Source: Gemmatimonadota bacterium
GTDB lineage: Bacteria; Gemmatimonadota; Gemmatimonadetes; Gemmatimonadales; GWC2-71-9
DNA: 12,467 bases
NCBI GenBank assembly: GCA_003221005.1
Contig: QHTZ01000019.1
Span: forward strand, 1-12,467
Reading direction: 5' to 3'
Part shown: piece by piece, positions 1-7,632 of the stretch
How the letters are laid out: every line of letters begins with the position of its first letter
How positions within the stretch are numbered: position 1 is the first letter of the stretch
Made by a program: the position numbers and the translations under genes
The notes under the pieces: model-generated
The model's input: only the letters and a program-made list of their open reading frames with translations
What the model was told of the DNA's origin: nothing
Database searches by the model: none

Positions 1-2
1 TC

Positions 3-422
3 AAGGTCCTGAACGCGATCGGGACGTACAACCCGCAGTACAAGTTCTCGTCGTGGATCTTCAAGATCGCGAACAACGCCGCGATCGATCACCTGCGCAA
101 GCGCGAGATCGATACGCTGTCGCTCGACGGCTCGCCCCACGCCCGGACGCCCGACGAGATGAGCGCCACGGCCCTGCAGCTGGGCGACCGCGGCGAGTCT
201 CCGCTCCAGCAGGTCGAGTCGCGCGAGCTGGGCGGCGCGATCGAGCGGGCCATCGCGCAGCTGCGCCCGGAGTACCGCGCCTGCATCCTGCTGCGCCACG
301 TGGAGGGGCACAGCTACGAGGAGATCGCTGAGATCCTAGACTTGCCGCTCGGCACGGTCAAGACGTATATCCATCGGGCGCGCAACGAATTGCGGGGTTA
401 CCTGCAGGACCGGAAAGAGTGA
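3..422 (+). CDS. ECF-type sigma-70 factor (SigW/RpoE-like), 5'-truncated by the window edge
   Basis: The frame of the 159..422 ORF is open from position 3. KVLNAIGTYNPQYKFSSWIFKIANNAAIDHLRK matches the sigma region 2 motif FxxWlxxIAxNxxiDxlRK. LRPEYRACILLRHVEGHSYEEIAEILDLPLGTVKTYIHRAR is a region 4 helix-turn-helix. Stop TGA 420-422. Confidence 0.95.
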   Translation, partial: KVLNAIGTYNPQYKFSSWIFKIANNAAIDHLRKREIDTLSLDGSPHARTPDEMSATALQLGDRGESPLQQVESRELGGAIERAIAQLRPEYRACILLRHVEGHSYEEIAEILDLPLGTVKTYIHRARNELRGYLQDRKE

Positions 423-447
423 AACCGGCGTCCCCGCGCGCGCGTAA
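420..447 (+). promoter_or_regulatory. Putative ECF-sigma promoter TGAAAC-N17-CGTAA upstream of the anti-sigma gene
   Basis: TGAAAC at 420-425 (overlapping the sigma stop codon) and CGTAA at 443-447. Very close to the Bacillus SigW consensus TGAAAC-N16-CGTA. The anti-sigma ATG is at 460. Confidence 0.6.
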
Positions 448-459
448 GGCTGGGCCAAG

Positions 460-708
460 ATGACCCCGACACCCGACACCCAACACCTGACCCCCGACGA
501 GATCGAGCTCTGGGCTCAGGGTCTCCTCCCGGCCGCGCGCGACGTCCACCTCGCGCAGTGCGCCGAGTGCCGGCAGACCGCCGAGCGCGAGCGCAAGCTG
601 CTGCGCGAGCTGGCGCAGCTGCCGCGGTTTGCACCGGAGTTCGGGTTCGTCGAGCGGGTGATGGCGAAGGTGAAGATCCCGACGCCGTCGGGGGGATTCA
701 AGAGCTGA
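460..708 (+). CDS. Small zinc-binding anti-sigma factor (zf-HC2/ZAS-like), 82 aa, no transmembrane helix
   Basis: HxxxCxxC motif (HLAQCAEC) with an upstream His (H9), followed by a helical segment and P..F..RVM..V. Lies directly downstream of the ECF sigma gene. Confidence 0.85.
   Translation: MTPTPDTQHLTPDEIELWAQGLLPAARDVHLAQCAECRQTAERERKLLRELAQLPRFAPEFGFVERVMAKVKIPTPSGGFKS
465..499 (+). repeat. Imperfect 7-bp tandem repeat (CCCGACA x5) in the anti-sigma 5' end
   Basis: cccgaca cccgaca cccaaca cctgacc cccgacg at 465, 472, 479, 486 and 493. Confidence 0.6.
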
Positions 709-731
709 CCTGACCCGCGGATGAACGAAGC

Positions 732-768
732 AGCCGAGCGATCGCTAGGGACCGCTCGGCTTTTTCTT
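732..768 (+). terminator. Rho-independent terminator, possibly bidirectional, between convergent genes
   Basis: Stem AGCCGAGCG (732-740) pairs with CGCTCGGCT (753-761), plus inner TC/GA pairs, followed by a T-rich tail (762-768). Outer ATGAA (721-725) and TTCAT (772-776) are also complementary. Lies between the stops at 708 (+) and 777 (-). Confidence 0.85.
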
Positions 769-776
769 GCATTCAT

Positions 777-2096
777 TCACGGTCGCCACGAGGCGCACCG
801 TGTCGCCGCCTGGCCGCCGTCAGCGGCCGGGTTGTTGGTGAGGTTGAGCTGACCCGAGCCGTCGGCGTTCATCACGTAGATCTCAGCGTTGCCGTCGCGG
901 TTGGTGAAGAAGGCGAGCTTCGTGCCGTCGGGCGACCAGTCAGCGCACCAGTCAACGGCCGGGTTGTTGGTGAGCCGCGTGACGGCCAAGCCATCGGCGT
1001 TCATCACGTAGGCCTCCCGGTTCCCGTCGCGGTTGGTGGCGAAGGCGATCCTAGTGCCGTCCGGCGACCAAGCCGCTGGGGTGTCGTCCTCGGCCGAACT
1101 GTTGGTCAGGTTGCGGAGACCCGAGCCGTCGGCGTTCATCACGTAGATCTCACCGTTGCCGTCGCGGTTGGTGTAGAAGGCGAGCTTCGTGCCGTCGGGC
1201 GACCAAACGGCGCAGCAGTCAAAGGCCGGGTTGTGGGTGAGGTTCACGAGGCCGGTGCCGTCGGCGTTCATCACGTAGATCTCGGCGTTGCCGTCGGGGT
1301 CGCTGTAGAAGGTGAGCTTCGTACCGTCGGGCGACCAGGCGTGTGCGAACTCGGGGGCCAGGTTGTTGGTGAGCCGGATGACGCCCGAGCCGTCGGCGTT
1401 CATCACGTAGAGCTCACCGCCGTCGTCGCGGGTGCTCTGGAAGGCGAGCTTCTTGCCGTCGGCCGACCAGACGGCGCAGCAGTCAAAGGCCGGGTTGTTG
1501 GTGAGGTTGAGCTGGCCCGAGCCGTCGGCATTCATCGCGTAGATCTCACCGTTGCGGTGGAAGGCGAGCTTCGTGCCGTCGGGCGACCAGACGGGGAACC
1601 CGTCCGAGGCCAGGTTGTTGGTGAGGTTGAGGACGCCCGAGCCGTCGACCTTCACCACGTAGATCTCACGGTTGCCGTCGCGGAAGGTTTCGAAGGCGAT
1701 CTCGCCGCCGTTGCGCATCGCGGTAATCGCCACCGTGGCCGTGAACGATTTGGTGTTGTCGGTCACCGAGGTGGCGGTGACGCCCAGGTGGGCGTCGGAT
1801 GGCACCGGCGTAGGGGCGGCATAGGTCGTCGTGGTGTTCGTGACATTGGTCAGGCTGCCACACGCCGCTGCGCCGCCGACGCATCCCGTGATGGTCCAGG
1901 TGACGCCCTTCGTGCCAGGGTCGTTCGCAACCATCGCCGTGAAATCCTGGAACCCGCCAGCGAGCAGGCTCGCATTGGTGGGGAGGACGGAAACCGAGAT
2001 CGGCGTAGGGGCTGCGGTCTCGTCCCCGCACCCCGAAACCAGCGCCACTGGAAGGAATCCACACGCAACACACGCAGTCCAGATGCACTGTCTCAT
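777..2096 (-). CDS. Lipoprotein with an N-terminal Ig-like domain and a TolB-like (PD40) beta-propeller
   Basis: ATG 2096 has a GGGAG SD 7 nt upstream and is preferred over 2180. Signal peptide ends in lipobox VSG-C23. Thr-rich Ig-like segment (ISVSVLPTNASL...VTWT...YAAP...VTATS). Seven repeats of about 44 aa, LAF...DGNxEIYVMNADGSG..NLTNNPA.D....WSPDG. Confidence 0.88.
   Translation of the reverse strand: MRQCIWTACVACGFLPVALVSGCGDETAAPTPISVSVLPTNASLLAGGFQDFTAMVANDPGTKGVTWTITGCVGGAAACGSLTNVTNTTTTYAAPTPVPSDAHLGVTATSVTDNTKSFTATVAITAMRNGGEIAFETFRDGNREIYVVKVDGSGVLNLTNNLASDGFPVWSPDGTKLAFHRNGEIYAMNADGSGQLNLTNNPAFDCCAVWSADGKKLAFQSTRDDGGELYVMNADGSGVIRLTNNLAPEFAHAWSPDGTKLTFYSDPDGNAEIYVMNADGTGLVNLTHNPAFDCCAVWSPDGTKLAFYTNRDGNGEIYVMNADGSGLRNLTNSSAEDDTPAAWSPDGTRIAFATNRDGNREAYVMNADGLAVTRLTNNPAVDWCADWSPDGTKLAFFTNRDGNAEIYVMNADGSGQLNLTNNPAADGGQAATRCASWRP
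780..1706 (-). repeat. Seven tandem intragenic propeller-blade repeats of about 132 bp
   Basis: Recurrent gccgtcggcgttcatcacgtagatctc and ggcgagcttcgtgccgtcgggcgacca blocks at roughly 120-135 bp spacing. Confidence 0.85.
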
Positions 2097-2266
2097 GGTC
2101 ATGCTCCCTGCTCGAGCAGCCCCACCGGACTCTCCAGCAGCCAAGCTGTCGACGATCGCTACCGCTCTACTCAATGCCATACTTGCACTCTTGCTGTGGC
2201 GTCGGCTTCCCGTACAGCCTCAGGTGCTGCATGCCTTTCTCCAGCCACTCACGTCGTGACACGGTT

Positions 2267-2294
2267 CCTGCTCCCTGCACCCTGCTCCCTCCAC
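2267..2294. repeat. Intergenic 7-bp tandem repeat (CCTGCTC-like x4)
   Basis: cctgctc cctgcac cctgctc cctccac at 2267, 2274, 2281 and 2288. Confidence 0.55.
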
Positions 2295-2402
2295 TCAACA
2301 GCTCGTCCCGTCCGTCTCCGCGATCCGCGCAGTGGCGAAAGGCTCGAACAGCGGCGGCGCCGCTCCGGCCTCCCGGCTGATTCTTGCGTCCAAGACCCCG
2401 AG

Positions 2403-3635
2403 TCACTCCTGCTGAGGATGAATGACTCCTTCTGTGTCGACAGAAAAGACTCCGGTCGTATACCCTTCCACTGCGCCGTGCTTCAACCACTCCTTGGAAA
2501 TGTGGTGCAGCACCCTGCGCTGCCGTTCCCAGACCATGAAGTGTCCCGCGCAATCAACTCTGAACAACAGCTTGTGGCTGTGCGGGATGGTCTCGTAGAG
2601 GTTGAAGAAGGAGTGCGGGAATTTGGGAAACCCTTCGACTTGCAAGTCCAGTGCGCCGACGATGATGAGCACCGGAACCGAGAGCCTGGAAACCGTCCCG
2701 GAGTTCCAGCCCCATAGAAAGGGCGACCTCACCCGCATCACACCGTCCGAGGGCCCCCACGTGCGTCCTATCTCATCGTTGTCCATGATGGCGCTCCACA
2801 CCACGTCCTGAATCCCGTCCTCTACCTGACCGTCGCACTGGATCTCGGGGTCCCAGCGATTCATGAAGGCGGGTCGGGTCGTCAACGTCATGGGCGTTCC
2901 GGGCTGAGGCAACGCAACGGGTGGATCGAAACCATCGGGCCCGACACCCGCGCGCCCCTCGGGGTTGTAGATCGGAGCGTACAGCAGCAGGCTTTCGACC
3001 TTGTCCGGATGCTGGACGGCGTAGGGGCCGACGCGGAATGAGCCCTGCGACCAGCCTACGAGAGCGACCTTATCCACTCCGCGAATCGCCCTGATGTAGT
3101 CGACCACCGCATCGAGCTCATCCCAATCGCTGTGTGCGTTGATGAGCTGAAACGGGTACGATGGCGGGCACGTGGCGGACAGAGGATTTGGAATCAAGAT
3201 GCTCTGTTGCTGAGCCGTGGGGACGTTGCATGGGTCGTCCATCTTGGGGCGTGGCGACAAGCCTGATCCCTGGAAATCGAGCATGAACACGTCGAAGCCA
3301 CCTGCCTGCGCCAACCAGAGAGCCCAATCATAGTGGTCAGTTCCCAGATCACCGCCCGGCAACACCGGAACGCTGGCTCCGTGGATCATGAGGACGACTT
3401 GGCGAGCGTCCCTATTGCTGGCAACTCGCTCCCGAACGAACAGCTGGACCAAGTCACCGGCGTTCGCCGGCACAGTGGAAATGTGGGGAACCTGATGATC
3501 GATCGTCAGGATCTGGGGGGTGTCGTCGTTGGCGAAGCTCGGCGCTCCGATCCGCGCAGGAAGAGAAGAGTCGCGGCATGCGGCCAGCGTGAGAATGGCG
3601 AACCAGAGTGTCAACCGTGCGCGTCGTGCGTTCAT
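2403..3635 (-). CDS. Alpha/beta-fold hydrolase lipoprotein (esterase/lipase/peptidase-like)
   Basis: ATG 3635 has an AGGAG SD and is preferred over 3710. Lipobox LAA-C20. Motifs: IHG (oxyanion), DFQGSGLS, nucleophile elbow GWSQG, candidate acid in GALD, catalytic His in AGHFMVWE. Confidence 0.9.
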   Translation of the reverse strand: MNARRARLTLWFAILTLAACRDSSLPARIGAPSFANDDTPQILTIDHQVPHISTVPANAGDLVQLFVRERVASNRDARQVVLMIHGASVPVLPGGDLGTDHYDWALWLAQAGGFDVFMLDFQGSGLSPRPKMDDPCNVPTAQQQSILIPNPLSATCPPSYPFQLINAHSDWDELDAVVDYIRAIRGVDKVALVGWSQGSFRVGPYAVQHPDKVESLLLYAPIYNPEGRAGVGPDGFDPPVALPQPGTPMTLTTRPAFMNRWDPEIQCDGQVEDGIQDVVWSAIMDNDEIGRTWGPSDGVMRVRSPFLWGWNSGTVSRLSVPVLIIVGALDLQVEGFPKFPHSFFNLYETIPHSHKLLFRVDCAGHFMVWERQRRVLHHISKEWLKHGAVEGYTTGVFSVDTEGVIHPQQE

Positions 3636-3720
3636 GGTGCATTCTCCTGAGAGTCGTTCGCTGCTCTCCGCTCCCTCCGCTCGGCTCTTTGTTACGTGCA
3701 CAACACCCACTCGCGCCGGC

Positions 3721-4743
3721 CTATTCCGGCCCCTGACCCTCTCGCGCCCGCGTGCTCACAAAGAGGTCGCGGTCAACCGCCGGCGGGGTCGCGACGTTGC
3801 GCGTGAAAAACAGCTCCTCGGTCTGCCGGTGGGAGAAGATGACCGCACCGCTTTCGTCCGCCGCCGTGTTGATCGGGGCACGCAGATTCGTCGGGGGTGA
3901 CCAGGGCGCGAGCACGCTCTCTCGGGTCGAGACCCAAATGTCGTTGGACGTCGTCGTGCCAAGGGGGTCGAGAGTAGAACCGAGCCGGTTCGAGTGGAAG
4001 TAGATCTCCACCCCATTGGGAGCGACGGAGGGGTGCTGGTCGGTCGAATCGGTGTTCAGCTCTGGTACTGGAACCGCCGTGCCCCAGGACCCATCAGGCG
4101 CCTGCTCGCTCACGTAGATGTCGCCGCCGGTGTTGACTGGTAAGGGGTTTCTGTTGAACAAGAGCTGCGGCGCGCCCACGTCGTCGTTTTCGAAGTAGGC
4201 GGGACCGCCTTCAAAGCCTGACGTGTTCACGCCAGCCCCGAGGTTCACCGGCGCCTGCCAGCCGAAGTCGTCATGTACGTTTGCTCGGAACGAAACCCAG
4301 ATATCACCCGACCCGGCTGCCCCCGCTTGACGACCAGAACCGAAGAAGAGCCAGTGCTCGTCCCGCGAGAGCGCCGGGGCGAAGTCAGAGGCAGAACTGT
4401 TGACGGTGGGTCCTAGGCTCACGGGCGTGCCCCACGGACAGCTCGCATCGGCACAGGCGCGCTGGGAGACCCAGATGTCGAGGAGGCCCTGGGTGCCCAG
4501 GGCACCAGGCCGATTCGAGGCGAAGTACAGGCTCAGCCCGTCCTTGGAAAGGACCGCCTGCTGGTCGTTGAAACCCGGGGTATTAATGGCCGGACCGAGG
4601 CTGACGGGCTCGGACCAGGCCGAAAAGTTGGACGTGTGGTTCGCGACAAGCGTCCCCGCGATGCTCCGGTCGGACTCTGTTCGACATCCGACGAGCAATG
4701 CCATGGGGACCAGCAAAGCGAGCCCGGGTGGTGCGGTCTTCAT
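3721..4743 (-). CDS. PD40/WD40-like beta-propeller lipoprotein (paralog A)
   Basis: AGGAGG SD before ATG 4743. Lipobox LVG-C20. About five repeats W..PV.LG..VN....D..P..S.DG..LYF.S.R......DIWVS. Confidence 0.88.
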   Translation of the reverse strand: MKTAPPGLALLVPMALLVGCRTESDRSIAGTLVANHTSNFSAWSEPVSLGPAINTPGFNDQQAVLSKDGLSLYFASNRPGALGTQGLLDIWVSQRACADASCPWGTPVSLGPTVNSSASDFAPALSRDEHWLFFGSGRQAGAAGSGDIWVSFRANVHDDFGWQAPVNLGAGVNTSGFEGGPAYFENDDVGAPQLLFNRNPLPVNTGGDIYVSEQAPDGSWGTAVPVPELNTDSTDQHPSVAPNGVEIYFHSNRLGSTLDPLGTTTSNDIWVSTRESVLAPWSPPTNLRAPINTAADESGAVIFSHRQTEELFFTRNVATPPAVDRDLFVSTRAREGQGPE

Positions 4744-4767
4744 ATATCCTCCTAGTCTCGTGTTCCG

Positions 4768-6546
4768 TCAGCACGTCCCGCTCGTTCCGGTCTGGACGGG
4801 GCAACTCTTGCCGTTCGTCAGCCCTTCGGCGTCCTGCACGGTGAGCTGGACGTTGTACGTCGTGCGCGAGCCGAAGGTCTTGGTGAGTCTGATCCCACTG
4901 CCCGTGGTCCCGTCGCCGAAGTCCCACGACCAGCCGGTCACGCCGTGGTCGTCGCTGGAATTGCCGCCGTCGAACGTGCACAGGCGGCCACCCTTGATCT
5001 TGCCGCAGCTCCAGGTGTAGCGCGCCACCGGCGGAGCGTTCGTGGTTACGGTGGCGACGTTCGAGTACTCGGACGGCCCACCGGCATTCCGGGCCCGCAC
5101 GCGATAGGAGTACGTCGTGCCGACCGTCAGGCCGGTGTTGGTGAAGCTCGTCACGTTGGCGCCGCGGACCGCGATCTGGGAGAAGTCGGTGCATCCCGCG
5201 CCGGTGCAGCGTTCGATCTCGAACCGATCTTCGTTGGTCGCGTTATCGGTCCACACGAGATCGATGCGCATGCTGTTGACCGCAGTGGCGGTGAGCCCGC
5301 TTGGCGGAGCAGGCGCCGGGGGCGGAGGGCTGCCGATGAAGCCGCTGTACAGGAGGTAATCCCGGCCCACCTCCGGCGGCGGGGGCTTGTTGGCCCACCA
5401 GGGATCGTTCCACACGATCTTGCCGATCGTGGCTTGCTCCTTGAGCGCGGCGTCCACGTCGGCAGGCATGGCGACGGGATTCGTCTCGAGATAGAGCGCT
5501 GCCGTCCCAACTACGTGGGGCGTGGCCATCGAGGTGCCACTCCACGTCTCGGTCGCGTTGTCGTCGGCGATGCCCGCCGACGTGACGTTCACGCCCGGCG
5601 CCCAGATATCGAGGCAGCCGCCGCGGTTGGAGAACTCCGCCTCAATGTCGTCGCTGTCGCTTGCGCCCACCGTCGTCGCGGCAGGCGTGCTCGCCGGCGA
5701 ATAGTAGCAGGCATCGTCGTAGTCGTTCCCCGCCGCGACGCCATAGAACACGCCCGCGGTCACGGAGTTGGTCACCGCGTCGTTCAGCGCCTGGGAGTAC
5801 CCGCCGCCGAGCGACATGTTGGCGACCGCCGGGCTCTGGTGATAGGCGGTCACCCAGTCCACGCCAGCGATCACCTCCTCATAGGTGCCCCACCCTTCGC
5901 AGTTGAGCACTCGCACCGAGTAGAGACTCACCGCCTTCGCGACGCCGTAGGTGATGCCGCCGACCGTGCCGGCGACGTGCGTGCCGTGCCCATAGCAGTC
6001 GCTGCCGTCGCCGCCGAGATCTATTTCGTCGATCCCCAGGGACGCCCGGCCACCGAACTCGGAGTGCGAGTACCGGATGCCCGTATCGATGATGTAGACG
6101 TGCACGCCGAGGCCCGTCGCGTTGTACACGTAGCTGCCGCCCAGGGGGAGACTGCGCTGGTCGATGCGGTCCAGGCCCCAGGTGGCGCCCGGCTGCTCCT
6201 CGATCGCGTACGCCAGCTGGTCTTGCTCGACGTAGGCGACGAGGGGGCTCGCGCTCAACGCAGCGGCCCGGTCGGCCGAGAGATTCGAGACCGTGAAGCC
6301 GCGGAGCGCCGCCGTGTAGACCCGCCGCAGCGTGCCGCCATGCTGCGCGGCGAGGCGCTGGGCAACCCCGCGGACGTCGGCCACGTTGCCCCGCAACACG
6401 ACGATGTAGCGGCCCGGGATGACGTGGCGCGGGGCGGCGGTTTGTGACGCGTGCGGCGCTGTTCTCGGTATCGCCGGGGGTGACGTGACGTCCTGACATC
6501 CGATGATACTGGCCGCCAGTAGGGCGAGCGAGCCGATTCTCTTCAC
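4768..6546 (-). CDS. S8 subtilisin-like serine protease (proteinase K/aqualysin type) lipoprotein with I9 propeptide, FN3 and PKD domains
   Basis: GTG start 6546 with a GAGGAAAGGA purine tract upstream. Lipobox IIG-C17. I9 propeptide (YIVVL...GF...VAYVEQD). WGLDRIDQR, catalytic Asp (IIDTG), His (HGTHVAG), oxyanion Asn (AAGN) and Ser (GTSMATP). FN3 (LVWTD...YSYRVRARN) and PKD (WSWDFGDG...VQLTV). Confidence 0.95.
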   Translation of the reverse strand: MKRIGSLALLAASIIGCQDVTSPPAIPRTAPHASQTAAPRHVIPGRYIVVLRGNVADVRGVAQRLAAQHGGTLRRVYTAALRGFTVSNLSADRAAALSASPLVAYVEQDQLAYAIEEQPGATWGLDRIDQRSLPLGGSYVYNATGLGVHVYIIDTGIRYSHSEFGGRASLGIDEIDLGGDGSDCYGHGTHVAGTVGGITYGVAKAVSLYSVRVLNCEGWGTYEEVIAGVDWVTAYHQSPAVANMSLGGGYSQALNDAVTNSVTAGVFYGVAAGNDYDDACYYSPASTPAATTVGASDSDDIEAEFSNRGGCLDIWAPGVNVTSAGIADDNATETWSGTSMATPHVVGTAALYLETNPVAMPADVDAALKEQATIGKIVWNDPWWANKPPPPEVGRDYLLYSGFIGSPPPPAPAPPSGLTATAVNSMRIDLVWTDNATNEDRFEIERCTGAGCTDFSQIAVRGANVTSFTNTGLTVGTTYSYRVRARNAGGPSEYSNVATVTTNAPPVARYTWSCGKIKGGRLCTFDGGNSSDDHGVTGWSWDFGDGTTGSGIRLTKTFGSRTTYNVQLTVQDAEGLTNGKSCPVQTGTSGTC

Positions 6547-6582
6547 CGGGCAGTCCTTTCCTCAAATCGGGAGTCGTTCCCC

Positions 6583-6610
6583 AGACAGACGCATCGGGGT
6601 AGGGTTCTCA
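6583..6610 (-). promoter_or_regulatory. Variant bipartite ECF-like promoter TGAGAA-N18-GTCT upstream of the S8 gene
   Basis: Minus strand TGAGAA (6610-6605), 18 nt, GTCT (6586-6583). Same geometry as the two copies at 8899-9003. Confidence 0.4.
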
Positions 6611-6621
6611 TCGATCCCTCT

Positions 6622-7571
6622 TCACTTGGCGCTCACCGTGCGGATCGACATCCAGATATCCAGGCTCCCACCGATGCTGCCCGACCGATTGGAAGCGAAG
6701 ACCAGGGTCCGGCCGTCAACCGACAGACCTGGCTGTTGGTCGGCGGCGGCCGTGTTTAGCGGTAGCCCCGGATTCAGGGGCGGGGACCAAGGATCGTGGA
6801 TGTTCTGACGAGTCGACACCCAGAGATCGTTCCCGCCGAGCCCACCGGGGCGGTTCGAGTAGAAAAGCACCTCGCGCCCATCGGTGCGCAGCGTCGACGC
6901 TGCGTCATTGGCCGCGGGGTCGCTCAGTTCCAACACGAGCACGGCAGGGCCCAGCGTCTCCCCGTCGCGCGTCACCGCTGCAAGGTAGATGTCTTGAGAG
7001 GTGCCGGTCGGCCCTCTGTTGAAATAGAAGTTGGCGACCCCACCTTCGGCGCTTTGGAGGTATTCGGGTCCTGCCTCGAACGCCGCCGTGTTCACTTCAC
7101 CGCCCAGAGACACTGGGGGCCGCCACCCGAAGTCGTCCTTGGGATTCGTCCGACGCGATACGTAGATGTCGTTGAGACCCTGGCCACCGGAGCGGCTGCT
7201 GGTGAAAAAGAGGAGGTGCCCGTCAATGGACAGCGAGGGGCCGGCATCACCAGCGGTGCTATTCACGACCGACCCCAAGTTCACGGGCGCGTTCCAGGGA
7301 CACTCACCGCAGTCCCGCTGCGACACCCAAAGGTCGGTGGCGCCGAGACCACCCGGTCGGTCCGAGCTGAAGTAAAGACTGAGACCGTCAGGTGAAAGTG
7401 CGGGGGCCTGCTCCGTAGCAGGAGAATTGACCGGGGCTCCGAGATTCACGGGTGTAGACCACTCGGCGTTCTCGAACAGGTCCCCCCGGAGCTCGACGCG
7501 GATTGGATCGGATCCCTTCCCGCAGGCGAGCAGCAGGGCAAGAGCTGGTGCTCCGTACGCAGATATCTCAT
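6622..7571 (-). pseudogene. PD40 beta-propeller lipoprotein (paralog B) with an apparent 1-nt deletion in the signal-peptide region (pseudogene or sequence error)
   Basis: AGGAGG SD plus ATG at 7571 reads MRYL and then falls out of frame with the propeller. The propeller frame (ORF 6622..7449) extends upstream as YGAPALALLLAC-GKGSD...EWSTPVNLG but has no ATG/GTG/TTG before an in-frame TAG. Adding one G near 7560 gives MRYLAYGAPALALLLA-C17. The body is collinear with 3721..4743. Confidence 0.75.
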
Positions 7572-7632
7572 AGCGCCTCCTCGGCTAATGGTCGCCCACT
7601 GCCTTGCGCGACGCGGATTCCCGCCCTGGCCG

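Noticed and set aside
3-708. Treating the left ECF/anti-sigma pair as the cognate regulator of the cassette
   Set aside because: It is convergent and separated by a terminator, and its own candidate promoter has an AAC -35 unlike the TGAGMA cassette motif. Cross-talk is not excluded but is unsupported.
777-2096. Calling this gene tolB
   Set aside because: It has a lipobox and an Ig-like N-terminus instead of the TolB N-domain, seven repeats, and no tolQRA/pal neighbours.
2249-2259. Palindrome TCACG-T-CGTGA as an operator
   Set aside because: Arms are only 5 bp, I noticed no second copy, and there is no candidate regulator nearby.
2350-2364. Hairpin AGCGGC-ggc-GCCGCT downstream of the hydrolase gene as a terminator
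   Set aside because: 6-bp stem, 3-nt loop and no U-tract; common in GC-rich DNA.
3651-6579. Shared 9-mer GAACGACTC (minus strand) upstream of the hydrolase (3651-3659) and S8 (6571-6579) genes
   Set aside because: Only two copies at different distances from the starts; about one such match is expected by chance among several hundred intergenic bases.
7564-7566. In-frame ATA as a non-canonical start rescuing PD40 paralog B
   Set aside because: It lies 9 nt from the SD, but ATA starts are rare, the peptide would lack a basic n-region, and the adjacent ATG gives a better signal peptide with one added base.
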